A stretch of 64,000 nt of DNA, from positions 85,002,001-85,066,000 of the forward strand of contig CM060731.1 of assembly GCA_030704615.1 (NCBI GenBank). The letters are read 5' to 3'. Below the pieces are notes generated by a model that was not told where the DNA came from, made no database searches, and saw nothing but the letters and a program-made list of their open reading frames with translations. The translations under genes and the position numbers were made by a program. The first letter of the stretch is position 1, and every line of letters begins with the position of its first letter. Positions 12,701 to 26,495 of this stretch are shown here, one piece after another. The DNA is from Takakia lepidozioides. Its lineage: Eukaryota > Plantae > Bryophyta.

Positions 12701-14147
12701 GGCAATTCATGCAGCCAGACTGGGACATGTTCCATGTGCGCCTCTTCCCTAGGTTCTTTGCTTTGTTGATTGCAGAGGTCACGCAGAACATAGACAGCAG
12801 GATGCATGCTACCTGGCAAGGAGTTTCTTACGCCTGGGGCTGGTTGGTTTTGTAGAGTCTGCACCCAGCAGCAGAGTATCATGCAGCAGCGCGGGCTTTG
12901 GGAGGGTGTGCTATCTATGTGAGGTATGGTGTCTCTTTCACATTGCTCCACTTTGTGACATTTGTCCTTGGACTATTGTGGCTTTCTCTGGGTGTGTTTT
13001 CCTGTCCATCTTCTCCCTTTATGCTCAACAAAGTGGGCACTCTGTACTGTAAATGGCAAGAGATACAATAGAAAGGGAGGGAGATTAGATGAACGGAAGT
13101 CAGCTGACAGGGAAGGGATGGGTGAGTGCAGTGATAAACCAGGACATCATGACTTCGAGCTATTGAAGAAGTTGGTGTTGCCAGATGGGTCTGTGCTTCG
13201 AGCACAGCTTCCAGGCCTTCCTACTCGTGATTGTCTCTTTTCTGATCCAACCCGTGATGGCCGCAGGTGAAAAGACATTCCATCATCTGTTGTTGCATGT
13301 GTGGCAGGTTTGAGTTTCACTGATGGAAGTGGGTGTGCAGTTTGCTGAAGATATGGAACCTGAACAAGTATGGGGGAATGGTGGGCGCCTTCAACTGTCA
13401 AGGGGCAGGTTGGTGTGCTGTCGGGAAGAAGAATTCGGTGCATAATCCAACAGCAGCTGCCATAACGGGTAGTGTGTGTGCCAACGACATTCACCTTCTG
13501 GGTGATGTGGCACCAAGGGACTGGGATGGGGATTCTCTCTTGTACAGCCATCGAGGAGGTGAGTGTTGTTCGTCAAATTGTGCCCCAAACTTTGACTATT
13601 TGTTTGACAGTATCCAGTTGGGTAGGTGATGGATCTAATGATGTCTTGGGTACGTCGTGGCATGCAGCTGAGCTGGTGCATATACCCAGAGGCGTGGTAC
13701 TGCCTGTCACATTGTCAAATCTGGAGTATGAAGTCTTCACGGTGGTTCCTGTGAAGGTGGGTGCTACTTCTATCGTATCCTCCTGTACCTGATCATGTGA
13801 CTGACTGGAGGCAAGTTGCTAATGTTTGGGTGGTTGTGCAGAAGTTGGGTCCGGGATTGACTTTCGCACCGGTAGGGTTGATCAACATGTTCAATGCTGG
13901 AGGCGCACTGAAGAATTTGCAGTATTATGTGAATGCAATTGGCACAGATGTGGATATTACTGTCTCCATGAGTGTGCATGGATGTGGGAAGTTTGGAGCA
14001 TTTGCATCATGTAGCCCCCAATCATGCTCGGTTGATTCTGAGTATATCGACTTTGGCTACGAGAAAGACACTGGACTGGTGACAATCTCACTTCCAGTGC
14101 CACAAGAAGGCCATTTGTTGGTTTTGAGATTGCAGTTTCAAATCTGA
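9768..14147 (+). CDS. SIP2: Alkaline alpha-galactosidase / seed imbibition protein (raffinose synthase family, GH36); about 14 exons
   Basis: MTVTPEISI..., [90 protein letters not shown]; GT-AG introns. An extra G in the G5 run at 9837-9841 shifts the frame of exon 1. The symbol is a family-level assignment. Confidence 0.92.
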
Positions 14148-14913
14148 CATCTATGTACACAATTGCTACTTCAAGTTTCCATCTGTGCTTCCATATAGTA
14201 GGTGGGGATCTCAGGAAAATGTCTGAGATGGTCTGGAAGGAAGCGATTATACAATAAGTGGCTTTGCACAGAGCCAAGGTCAGAGGGAATGTAATTATTA
14301 CATAGGAAAAACTTGCACCTTATGATTGTTTAGTGGCCGCTGAAAGACCACATTACATTTTATCTTATTAAAAATGTTGTGACAGACCTTATCCTTGCAT
14401 CTCTGAGTTTAATGGTGGGACTTAACATTTGGGTAAAAGCTGGTGCTGGAATGCTTCTTTTCCATGTCTTGCCTGGTTGTGGGTTGTGGGACTAGCATTA
14501 CACATGACATATCTTTAATTGCGTGCTTCATAGTCCCTATCCAAATGCTCTCGTGACAGGACCTTAAGTGAGTTATAAGAGAATTCTGCTGATCTTTTCT
14601 TTTTTGCAAAATAAGTTGCAAATGTTGCAAAACTAGCAGTATGCAGAAGTACAAATTTATCGCCCACCAAAGCTGCTAAAAGAGATTTTCAAAATTTACA
14701 TTTCAAATGTGCAAATACAACAAATGTTCTCAGCTCTCAACATCAAAGGTGTACTCAACAGAGGTCTATCAGGTGAGTCTTATATGTGTTCAAGACAGTG
14801 ACATGCTACTGTACAAAACTCACAGAAGAACCTTTTTCCCTGCAATAGTAGATCGTCCGACTCCTGGCACCTTTCTATCCAGATCAGTCTCTACCAATGT
14901 GGTGTGATAATTG

Positions 14914-17181
14914 CTATCTACACCACACAGGCTTCTCAGGTTGTTTAAGAGGACATTCACCTACTTTCTTCCACGACTTGCAGAGCAAGTCCCCAGGATC
15001 GGTGCAGTACAGGCCCAGGCTGGATACCCAAAATTGCATGCCAACCAATGCACGCCCGTGCTCTGCCTCGACTTTTGCCTTGGCTAGGTTCAAGTCTTCT
15101 TCTGACAGCTCTCCATACAACACACTCATATGAGGCTTGTATTCTGCCACAGTTTCAACATATGAAGACATCTTAGCTGAGCGTTCTATATTTTACTTAT
15201 GAAGCAAATATGAACCATAACTTCAATCGGGGAGGCACAATGCTCCTTTCTGCTAGTGGTACTACCCACGCATGAAATCCCAGTGTAGCTGTCCCCACCC
15301 CCCGAGGTAATAGCTATTGTATCAATCCTTCTGACCATATATTGCTTTCCTCCTGCTCCATGTTTTCACTTTCGATCATTCACAAACCATCTTGTGCTTG
15401 ATTCCAACATAGTGCCCAGGCTCAGGTCAAAAGATTTGGCATTTTGGTTACTACCTGGAGGCTGAAATACAGAATATTACCTATGACCTATGTTAGGAAT
15501 TGCCAGGGTACACTTGTGATGTTGGTTTAACAAATGAATACTGGTCATCTGGCCCCTAAGGCTAGCTCACAGGATTGTGTCATCCAGATTAATGGAAACC
15601 AACAATATCTCACATGGTTTCACGGGAGAGCCTTGCCTGAGTTCCAACACCTAGCTCCCTACCACTTCATAATACTGACAAGAAATGTCTATGAAGATTA
15701 TAATGACTTACTACCCCTTGTGAAGTGAAACTGCATGATGAAGGATGAGTAGTTTCTCCCGGCATAAGTAACCCGAGCCACATACAAACCCACAATGGTG
15801 TTCATCAACAATGAGGTAACATGCAAATTTATTTTAGCACTCAAATACTAGCAGAATGGAGTTTTAAAATACGGAGAGAAGTAACTGAGCTGAAAATTTC
15901 CGGCCTAGTTAGTGAGGATAGTGAGACTATAGAAGGTGTGCTCACTGGATTTGCCATGGTCACCAAGCTCTCCCTCAGGCAACAGACCAAAGCTACGTTG
16001 CGCTTGCACATGTGCATCCAGTACCTGCCATGTAGCCAAATACCACCACTACCATGAAAAGACCAGAATTCAGCATCTTTGGGCACTCACATTTTCGCCC
16101 ACTAGCATAGTTGATACAAATGTGAATTACACAAACCTCACATGCTCATTTGAAAGGAGCACTTCATCATCTTCTCAAATTTTCCCATGACCATATTGAA
16201 TTTAATGAGAAACACACACACATTACAAACTGGGAGATCAAAGAGGAGATTTCACAGATGTTGCCACATCCTGGTGCACTTGTCTTGGGAGGCACACAAA
16301 GATAATAATAGCATAACAAGTGAATTGCATGAACTGTCAATACTCAAAACTTTGTACCATTTCACACGAGAAAGCACACAAAATCTTGAACAGAAAATAC
16401 CAATACACTAGGCTCTAGAGTGGACATCCAGATGGGAGGGCCGGCGACCAGTCAAGGCTTGCCTCACCATATGTTGCTGCATGAACTAGACAGTAAGTAA
16501 TGGCATCGATCTGTGAAGGATCATACATGATACCTTGTGGAGTTTGGTGCATCAAGGCCTAGAGACACCGACATTGAAATCTATCCATACCCAGGCCATA
16601 CCATGCCGGTATTGGTAGAGGAGTTTGTGAGCAGGCCATGGGAATTGCATAATCATCCATTGCACCATCCAAAAAAAGATGGTATTAGGACTGTGCGAAG
16701 CACAGACCTTTCCAGCAAGGTATGGTTGCCTAAGTCCACATCCAAGACTCTGAAAAGCTCTGAAAGAAAGCCCAAAGTGGGCATAGGATCAGACCTCGGG
16801 AGAAGGCTCGACGGTGAGGTACACACACTGATGGAAGTTGCTCCCGCATTGGACTCCAGTCACAGTATAATTGTAGGGCTTGACGGAGCTGCAGAGGGCA
16901 TTCAAACTGGCCTTGGCCTCTGTCAGTGTCACCAGGTGCGCACCTAAGACTGTCACATGGGCCTCAAACGCAGGGCCATTGTATGTCTGTCGCAGTTGCG
17001 TCATCGCCAGATGCAGTGTAGGATTGTACTGAGAGGGAACTGCCCACACCGAGTACATGCCTGGCATTTCCACCACCACCGGTGTAATTTCCACGGGAGG
17101 CTCTGTGCTCGCTTCACCCTCAGCCACGCCCTCAGCGGGATTTGTAGCGCCCTCCTCGGCTACAGGGCTCTGGTCGGCCAT
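14914..17181 (-). CDS. Cyclic phosphodiesterase (2H phosphoesterase, plant CPDase-like); 3 exons: 17181-16795, 16024-15946, 15143-14914
   Basis: YSVWAVP, FEAHVTVLG (HxT) and YKPHMSVLYG (HxS) are the two 2H motifs. GT-AG junctions keep the reading frame. Confidence 0.88.
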
Positions 17182-19965
17182 TGTTCGCCGACAATGAGAG
17201 CGCTATAATCCTGATGGTGTGGTGATGGTCAACAAATGCAAGATCCAATTGTAATGCACCAGCTACTCCAAATCCCTCTACATTGGTTAACTCATTTCGA
17301 ACTTGCTGGGCAGTGGCTTGATTTAACCTCATGCATGAAGCAAACGCACACTACAAAAGTCTAACAATTTCTGAGTAAGTAAGAAAAGAACCTAACTTCA
17401 TACGTCGATGTAAAGCCCAAATAGCTTATAGGATAACAAACAATCAAAGCACCAGAAAACCATGCCTACATCACTGCACGAAGACACAGAGCCTTTGAAG
17501 ATAAGATGTCAAAAATTTCCCGTCTTGAAAACTAAAGGCATATGGCAGGATGAGGAGCCTCTGATGAAACAACAGAAGTCTCCCTCTAATCTCGTAATCC
17601 ATGAGGCAGGGATGATGCTCCGTCTCAACTTCTTGCACCATGCAAGCTGTGCAAATCCATCCTCATACTGAGTCATCTGTATGTCTCGATCTGGAGAGTT
17701 AGCGAGCTGACTCTCAAACTCCGCAAAGCTCTGGAGACTGATGTTGAGAATGTGGGGGACAAGTAGTGGCACAGGGATGCGGTTAGGTTCATGCCGAGGA
17801 AGTTATCGTTGTTATGAAGTGATGCTGTGCTAAACGCACCAGTTCTGGACGGTGTGATTTTGATATTGAAGAGGAAATAAGGCATCCACATGATCATGAA
17901 CACTAAACCAAAACTGACAAATGATCGGCTTGCAGCTGACTAAAATCTCGCTTGTGTAATTACTAATCACCCGCACATGTCATTCTGAGGGTCGCTGGCT
18001 CTCAATTGACAACCCAATTCGGAACGTAATATTCATAAGTGCTACAATGATAAGTGAGAAACACTGTAGTAGCTTCTGCACCACCTATCCACCTAATTCC
18101 AGTGGCAGCCCTCAAGATCTAGGAGGCGCCATAGCAATGGACACTCTTCTCTGGGCATTGTCCCTCCACGGCACAGCCCATTAATCCGCTGCAACGGGTA
18201 CTCATTCCGAATCCGCACTCGTCAGGAGTTACACCCATCCCCACCCCGCCGGTGAGTAAGAAGAGCCGCAGTCTTCCCACTTCAGCATGTGTCAAACTTT
18301 CCCTCTCTGTCATCCCCCCACCGTGTTCGAGTGAGTGGTTTCTGCTTGACTTCTAACTTTTATCACGAGGGTCACCATCTCTTTACAATGTCTGTACAGT
18401 AATCGTGGAGGCTACATTGAACATCGAGGATCGTGGAGCCGGCCGCAATGACTTGTCCGTGACCACTTGTCAAAGCAGATTCACATTCATGACCATTGAC
18501 TAGTAAGCCGTTATAAAAAGAAGCGCCAATGCGGAAAGCAATTCGAAGGACCACAGTGGAGTCCGGATGGCTCTTGGCACCCCTCACCCAACAACACTGT
18601 CGAGTATGCAGTTTCCAGGCTTGACACACATGCATAGAATCATGAGAAGCATTGAGGAGTTGCTTTGGGCAGTAGGTTCATGGATAGGAAAGTGAAGCTC
18701 AGAGACCCCCTCTTGAACAGATGCGTGAATAAAGTGGTGATTTAAATCCATATGCTGATGTGAACTATCAGTAGACATGGAACTAAGGACTGGATACACA
18801 ATGCCTGCAAGGAGGGTTCAAGTGTTCACAATAAGCTTTTTGGTGAATATTGCTTTGGAGGTCTCACCACTCCCTGATCAAAAGTGGCTCTACATCTTTT
18901 GTAGCCTACTGAAGGAAGGTGAGTGAGTGATCACAAAACCAAACCCACTGAGGATCTACATGCTAGCATAGGATATCTGATAGCATCCCACTTGATATCG
19001 AAATCGAACAAGTGGATCTCTCATAGAGTGATAGTGCTCTCTTATGAACGGCTTTCATCATAAAAACACATTTTTCTGTCAGTCGAAAGGGTCCCTTTCT
19101 ATGGTCATACAAACTTGCACCCATCGTGCACCACTACACCAGGAAACCACTAAATTACCATGGTTTCAGGCGTCACCCTAGACATTCCCAGGCCAAAACA
19201 TAAACCCACCTACCTACTGCAAACCTGAATGGCAGAAGCTGAGCATAGTGTATATATGAATTGCAATTCTAATGGAGGATGATTGGGAATGGAAGAGGCT
19301 CTAGGACGATCAGTAGAAGCAAGTCACAAAGACAAATAATCCCTTTCTAACCTGAATTGTAGTCCCAGCAGACAGTGTGGAGAGAATTCCATATGCGCCA
19401 AGGTCAATGGGTAAATTAGGAAAACCAGAAGTGCAAACTTCAAACTTCCACCAAAGGTTACCCACTTCCTCTCCTGTGCCTCCTTCTTTTTCTAGATATT
19501 TCACAAGCCCAACACATTCGAAATTTATGAAAACTGCACATCGTTGAATGCACTGTAAGAGGACTTAGTAATAAAACATACTACTCATCCACCATCTGTT
19601 TTCTTGTCAGCCCAATGTCGTATCATGAGTGAAAGCCTATATATGTGCATGTGGAACAATCTGGCCTGATACCAACAAGCAAAGTACAGCAAGCAATAAT
19701 AGTGGAAGCTGGCAGGCACTGGGCTGGGCCAGTGGCGCTCCCTGGGACTATAATAAAGCTAATAAAACCGACCCACAAAATTGATGCAGAATGGGTTGGC
19801 AAAGGCAAGCCTCTGTTTCTAGTTCTTCCAAGGGCAGAGAGCAACTGTAGATGACAAATATCAGACCAAGACTCCATAGCCTCTGTTATCAACACTTCAT
19901 GCAACAGCCGAGGGAGGGATTATGGAGCACCATCAGAGTGTTCGTAGTCCTACAAAAAATAAAAA

Positions 19966-20679
19966 CTACTTGAGATCGAAACCTGGGGTAGGAGGTGCTG
20001 GGTTGGCATCAAAACTGTCCAACTTCTCACTTCTGAGAGGATGAACCTCCTCTTTTTTCCCTCCAAACCATCCGCCCAGCCATGAACTTCCGCTCCCTGA
20101 TTCCTTGTCCGATGCTTGGCTTTGCTCGGGAAAGGGTTGCGAAAACTGCGCAGGTGTGGGCGGGGTACCTGGAAAGCCCGAGAAAGCTCCTCCATACCCA
20201 CCTGGTCCAGCTCCAGCTCCAGCCATTTGAGGCATCTCTTCCAAAGGGGGTGGCTGCGCGAGATTGGATGTAATCCTATTAAGCATGATGCCCGCCCCCT
20301 CGATGAGTGCAAGCAACACTCCGCCGAAGATAGCAGACCTCGTGGCCGATTTCATGCCTGCCCTAAGTTGAAGAAACCCACCCGTGGCTGCACCTGCAGC
20401 TATGGAGTTCCATGGATCCTCCTTTTGGCGCAAGTATACACAGGTGCAATCGAACGTGCTGAAGAGCCCACCCCATACAGCAAAGCTTCCACCAATCCTT
20501 GGAGCATTGACCCGCACAGCCTGCGTGCCGCCAATGACGCGCTCCCCCCTTGGCGAGTTCTTCATTCCCCGTACGAAATGCCAGGCCGAGCCCCCGACTG
20601 CCCCCATACTGAAAGCACCCCCAATGTCATCCACAATCCTGTCTGGACAAGGCTCCCTCGCATGATCAGGAGTTGTCAT
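19966..20679 (-). CDS. TIM17: Mitochondrial import inner membrane translocase subunit TIM17
   Basis: HAREPCPDRIVDDIGGAFSMGAVGG...APRIGGSFAVWGGLFSTFDC...RQKEDPWNSIAAGAATGG, plus a plant-type C-terminal extension; single coding exon. Confidence 0.95.
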   Translation of the reverse strand: MTTPDHAREPCPDRIVDDIGGAFSMGAVGGSAWHFVRGMKNSPRGERVIGGTQAVRVNAPRIGGSFAVWGGLFSTFDCTCVYLRQKEDPWNSIAAGAATGGFLQLRAGMKSATRSAIFGGVLLALIEGAGIMLNRITSNLAQPPPLEEMPQMAGAGAGPGGYGGAFSGFPGTPPTPAQFSQPFPEQSQASDKESGSGSSWLGGWFGGKKEEVHPLRSEKLDSFDANPAPPTPGFDLK

Positions 20680-20964
20680 TGCAATCCTCAATCCAGATAC
20701 AAACCACGAGTATCAAACCCCACTTTCTTTCCTTCCTCGGTTTCCTGGCACTCACACAAACCCACCTTCTAATACTTTAAAGGAATGAACCTCACGACCC
20801 ACAGGATATAAAATCGTCTCAACCCCTAAACTTCCTTTCCTTCCCTTCAATGACCCTTCGAGACGTAACCCAGCAACCCGACCAGCTGCAACCAGACCTC
20901 TGGAGCCATAGCATGTAAGTTAGGTAGGTTTGGGGGAGGGGAAATCAATATATGTATTCAGAGG

Positions 20965-22545
20965 TTTGTTTTGTTTTGTTTTGTTTTGTTTGTTTTGTCA
21001 CCTTGAGATGTCCCAAATCGCAAGGTCCCATCCCTGGTGCTTGGTACCGTTGGAAAGCCCTTGACAAGGAGGGGTGCTCGGGCTTGGTCTCATGATTTTT
21101 GGACCCAGGTGTGGGAGATGTGGAATTCCAAGTACCTTTGGTAGCTGGAAATTCACAAAAAATAGCGAAAATGGCAAAGTGGGCATTCCTAGACAATGGT
21201 TGGATCCTCGACGGGAGAGATATCAAGACAAAGGTCTCTGGTTCAAATCTGGTCGTAGGCTCTGTGGAAAATATTTTATTAGATATGGCTTGCTTCATAT
21301 ATTGATGCACTTGGACTTAGATGACATTGGACACTTGGGCCAACGGCACAGGCTACCCTAGTCAATACATGAAGCGAGACATGAAGCGAGACGTTTGTTT
21401 TGTTTTGTTTTGTAGCGTCCTTGAGATCTCCCAAACCGCGGCCCCAGCGTGGGTGCTTGGTGTCGTTGGAAAGCCCTCGACGAGGAGGGGTGCACCGGCT
21501 TGGTCTCATGATTTTTGGACAAGCGGTGAGGGAGATGTGGAATTCCAAGTACTTTTCGTCACTGGAAATTCACAAAAAATAGCAAAAATGGCAAAGTGGG
21601 CCTTCCTGGGACAATGGTTGGAGCCTCGACGGGAGAGATATCAAGGGGTCTCCGGTTCAAATCTGGTCGTAGGCTCTGTGGAAAAATAACGATTAGACTT
21701 AGATGACATTGGACACTTGGGCCAACGGCAAAGGCTACCCTAGAGGTCGCATTTGGGCCTCGACATAGGAGACGCACTTGCATACATAGGAGATTGCACT
21801 TGGCTTAGATGACGCTTGACACTTGGGCCAACGGTATAGGCTAATGTTTGGGAGATCTAGGGTAGTCTGTGCCATTGGCCTATGTGTGAAGAATTGAAAT
21901 CTAAGCCCAAGAGCAATCCATGTGCGTCTCACATGTAGAGGCCCAAGTGCGACCTCCAGTATCCAATATCACCTAAGTCCAAGTGCAATCCCAAAGCCCA
22001 CTTTGCTATTTTTGCAATCTCCCCTGTCGCGAATTTCCAGCGACCAAAAGCACTTGAAATTCAGCGTGGGTGCTTGGTGCCATTGGAAAGCCCTCGATGA
22101 GGAGGGGTGCACCGGCTTGGTCTCACAATTTTTGGACAAGCGGTGAGGGAGATGTGGAATTCCAAGTACTTTTGGTCGCTAGAAATTCACAAAAAATAGC
22201 AAAAATGGCAAAGTGGGCATTCCTCAGACAACGGTTGGAGCCTCGACCGGAGAGATATAAAGGGAAAGGTCTCCGGTTCAAATCTGGTCGGAGGCTCTGT
22301 GGTAAAAAAAACTTACTTAGATGACATTGGGCCGTTGGAAATTCGGGAAAAATAGCAACATGGGCATTCATGGGAGAATGGTTGGAGCCTTGACGGGAGA
22401 GACAACAATGGAGAGGTCTCCGGTTCAAATCTGGTCATAGGCTATGTGAAAAAAAAAATGATCAGATATGGCTAATCATTAGACTTATATGACAGTGGAC
22501 ACTTGGCCCAACAGCACAGGCTACCCTAGAGGTCGCACTTGGTGT
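20965..22545 (+). repeat. Cluster of about 4 related dispersed-repeat units, each with a tRNA-like (A/B-box) core; includes a small TIR element at ~21741-21959
   Basis: gggc(a/c)ttc...tggttggagcc...ggtctccggttcaaatctggtc..aggct at ~21181, 21598, 22216 and 22362. TIRs ctagaggtcgcatttgggcctc / gaggcccaagtgcgacctccag. Confidence 0.65.
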
Positions 22546-23205
22546 TTGAAAGCAATAAAAAATCATTTGATCAGCGAACGATGGGTTCACCCTTTCAATC
22601 AATTTTGATTGACCTGATACTCAACACGTACCTCTGACAAGGTATGTCCAACACACTCGTAAAGATTGGAAGCAATCAAAAATCATTTCAATAGCGAACG
22701 ATGGGTTCACCCTTTCAATCAATTTCGATTGACCTGATACTCGACACGTACCTCTGACAAGGTATGTCCAACACACTCACAAATATTGGAAGCAATCAAA
22801 AATCATTTGAACAGCGAACGATGGGTTCACCCTTTGAATCAATTTCGATTGACCTGATACTTGATATGTACCTCTGACAAGGTATGTCCAACACACTCGC
22901 AATGTTTGAAAGCAATCAAAAATCATTTGAACATCAAACGATGGGTTCACCCTTTCAATCAATTTTGATTGACTTCATACTTGAGAGGAGCATGTGACAA
23001 GGTATGTCCAACACACTCGCAAAGATTGAAAGCAATAAAAAATTCATTTAAACAGTTCACGATGGGTTCACCCTTTCAATATTTGCTTCACCTGATACTT
23101 GAGAGGACATGTGACAAGATATGTCTAACACACTCGCAAAGAATGAAAAGCAATAAAAATTCATTTGAACAGCGAACGTTGAGTTCACGCTTTCAATCAA
23201 TTTCT
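22545..23205 (+). repeat. ~120-bp tandem repeat, about 5.5 copies
   Basis: aatcatttg..cagcgaacgatgggttcaccctttcaatc...acaaggtatgtccaacacactc recurs at 22561, 22681, 22801, 22921 and later positions. Confidence 0.9.
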
Positions 23206-23975
23206 ACGCGGTCGCCAGTGGGCCCTCGGGACCACCGGCTTCCGGTCCCCATCGCTTTTTTCTTTTTTTCTTTTTTTTGTACCCCTGCGGCTACTGTTGT
23301 GGCGGTCGCCAGTTGGGGGGTCGGGACCGCGATACTTTCTTAAAATTTGTTAATCCATTCAGCGGTCCCTTTTATTTAGGTTTTTATTTATTTATTTATT
23401 TTAAACCCAGGAGGCGACCGTTGTGGCGGTCGCCTATTGGGGGCTCGGAACCATGAGACTAGCTGAACGTTTTTTTTTTTAAAAAAAAATGTTTCCACTT
23501 GGTTTTTTACCCATGAGGCGACCGCTCCGGCGGTCAGCGATTGGGGGCTCGGGACCGCCAGACTGGCGGTCCCCACCTTTTTGGTTTTTTGTTTCCACTT
23601 GTTTTTGTACCCATGAGGTGATCGCCTCGGCGGTCGTCGATGAGGGGCTCGGGACCGCCAGACTGGCGGTCCCCACCTTTTCTTTTTGTTTCTTTTTGTT
23701 TTGTACCCATGAGGCGACCGCTGCGGCGGTTGCCGTTTGGGGGCTTGGGACCACCAGACTGGCGGTCCCAATGTCGCTCCTGGCCGTGTGTGTGGGGGGG
23801 GGTGCTGCCAGACGACCGCTAGAGTGGCGGTCACCACCATCGCCACGTCACCCAGCACACAAGCGACTGCCGTTGTGGCGGTCGCCGGAATCGCCACGTC
23901 GTGCGTCCCGTAGGCGACTGCCATTGTGGCGGTCGCCCGTCTTGCCACCCTTTCCTACCCTCTTAACGTGTAGTG
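23205..23975. mobile_element. CACTA (En/Spm) element terminus with palindromic subterminal repeats
   Basis: Ends ...aacgtgtagtg (reverse complement CACTACACG). Repeated gggaccgccagactggcggtccc and gcgaccg/gcggtcgc motifs lie immediately inside. Confidence 0.7.
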
Positions 23976-24232
23976 TATTAATTGGAAGAGGGCAATGGCT
24001 GTGGGCTTGGGGCGCTTATAAAGGAGGGTAAGCCCCTCTTCACTTTCACTCCAAGCTCAGCTTTGTTGCCCTCGAATGTGTGGCATTCATGGAAGAGAGT
24101 TGGCTAGGAGGGGCCCATGGAAAGGGGTCATGAAGTTTTGCGTTTTCTTCCATGGAAACCGCTGGTAAACCTTTGAACCCATTTCATTGGATTTAAACTA
24201 TTTTTCAAATGTTGTGTTGTGTAGTTGAAGAG

Positions 24233-26495
24233 ATGCAAGTGGTGAAAAGGGGAGACAAATGGGTCGAGCCTCCTCAGTGTCGACATAGGTACGACATATG
24301 TAAATATATTTTGTAAGTATGATCATGGTGGTGGTAGTCACAAATGATCACTACAGAGTATTGTTTTGGTTCTCTGCAGGGCGATTTGCAGGCCAATATT
24401 GAAGGGTTGTGAATACAAACACGCATGACATTCCCCGCAAAATGGCTGAAGGAAGCGAAGATGGGCGTCCCATACCCCAACATATTGGACCTGAGCAGGC
24501 AAGCAATAAATCTTATCGCAAAGGTGTAAGGCAACAATTGAACAGCAAAATTTCACAAAATTGGGATGTTCTGGTCGAAGAGGGTTGGGAGGACTTTCCT
24601 TTGAATTGCAAGTGGACATGGTTTCGATGCACAAAATACGTGAAAATGCATCATATAAACCATTTGTGGCCTTTGGAAAGACATGCGGTGCAAACGAAAT
24701 TATTTGGAATTCGCTTCCTGCATGGACAAACATTTTCGGCATAGGGCACGTGAGGTGAGCCTTAAATTGTGGGGCGAGGAGTTGTACAAAAACCAAATTA
24801 ACTACACCTTAGCAACTATGGTGTATGTAGAGCTTGTTTTGCACAGAGTTGTGGACTGGCAAACCGCCACAAAGAGGAAGAAGCCGAAAGTATGGCCTGG
24901 TAGTGACATTCCCGACACTTTTGTGCAACAGCTTCAACCCACAGAGCAAGTGCAGGGTAAGTCTACATTGTTGGAGCATGAGGCTTCAACGCTCGAATCC
25001 ATGCAACCAAGTCTCATGAAAGAACTGGCCACACGAGACCGTCGAATCAAAGAATTGGAGGAGCTCATTGAAAAGCTGAGGAAACAAATATTGGACTTGG
25101 AAATGAAAGTGGAATCAACTTGCCATTCCGTCGATATTCATAATTGTACCGCACTAGTCATCCATAGAACCGCCACCTATAAACAGATGCATACTGAAGG
25201 GAGCCAAGGGGTAGGAGAAATGGTCATGGCAGATTCCGAAGCCAGGCCGATACTCGGGTATATGGAATACATTGTGCCAAACGAACAACAAATTATGAAT
25301 GAAAGAAGTCGGAAAGGGAAAGAGGTCATGCTTGAATCTGGAGAATGTTCGAGGACAACCGTTCACACTGATTATTTTGGTGAATTGTATGAGGTGGTTA
25401 GGGAGCGGGATACTGCTAGGGCGGTTGCCTCCCGTTTGGCGCACGATATGGACATTTGGAGGTATGTACCAGGGGCTGGGCACTGGGAAAATTGGGTGTG
25501 GTTTGGAAAAAAATTGGCATCACGAGTAAGAGAAACGGAGTGGGCGTTGTCTCAACTACAAGAGATTGCAGGTATGCCAAGCAGCCTTTATCGGGACAAC
25601 ATTACCACTAACTTGGAGAGGTATAACAATTATATTCGCAATAAGGAGAACTTGCAGTACACTAGGTTCACCCTCTGGGCTGATGTAGAAGAAATGTTTA
25701 ACCATTGTTCGCACACAATTTCTAATACCAACATGAGCATTAACTGGGAACTGGAGATTGAGGAAGAGTGGGATACGAGGCCACGAAAATCAGCCCATGT
25801 GAAACTCAATGATCGTACGGATATACCACAAAACCCTGTGCCTTCATTCATCACAGATGGATCAGTATGCACGATTTGTGAAAACCCCTTTGGACCAGAA
25901 GGAGCACACATGCTTGGGTCTTGTGGGCATTTCTTCCACAACACATGTCTTGTAACAGCTGCCCCTACTCGGAGTGCATGCCCACAGTGCCATACGCCAA
26001 TCCATCGTCGATACTATGAATTGTATGGCTTGGAGAAGATCATGCCAATAGGGTACGAATACAACAGACACAACTTGCCAATGGACTAAGAGCCTTTCTC
26101 GTTTCTCAATTTGCGGCATTGGGGTGAAGTCATGTTGTGGAATCCATATACAAGGATGTATGCGGAGGATACAAGCAGAGAGTTCAACATGGATACATTC
26201 TGGGTCACATCAAACTGGGAAATCACGAAACGTGCGCGATGCATACCCAATGCTGAAGAAAGAGAACTGTTTTGCCGGCATTTTGGAAGACATTGGAGTG
26301 AAAGAAAAGGTAGGTTCTTCCGAATGCCAGAGTCTCATGTGACAGGGGTGAATATGGAGAAATACGACGAACAACCACTTGGGGGGATGTCATTTCAACT
26401 CACAATGGAAAGAGCATCCACAAAATATATACACCTCCTCGACTCATACAATGTCGATAGTACAGATGAAGAGGAGGAGGATGCAAAAGCGAGAG
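24233..26495 (+). pseudogene. Coiled-coil + RING-H2 finger protein, probably TE-borne; premature stop, truncated by LTR insertion
   Basis: Heptads RRIKELEELIEKLRKQILDLE; CTIC..CGHFFH..C..CPQC RING-H2. TAA at 26087 is followed by in-frame continuation (26111+). The chromovirus LTR begins at 26496. Confidence 0.65.

Noticed and set aside
20116-20772. 218-aa ORF on the plus strand
   Set aside because: Antisense shadow of TIM17.
21598-21676. Functional tRNA gene
   Set aside because: The D-arm and anticodon arm are irregular and vary among copies; better treated as a tRNA-derived repeat.
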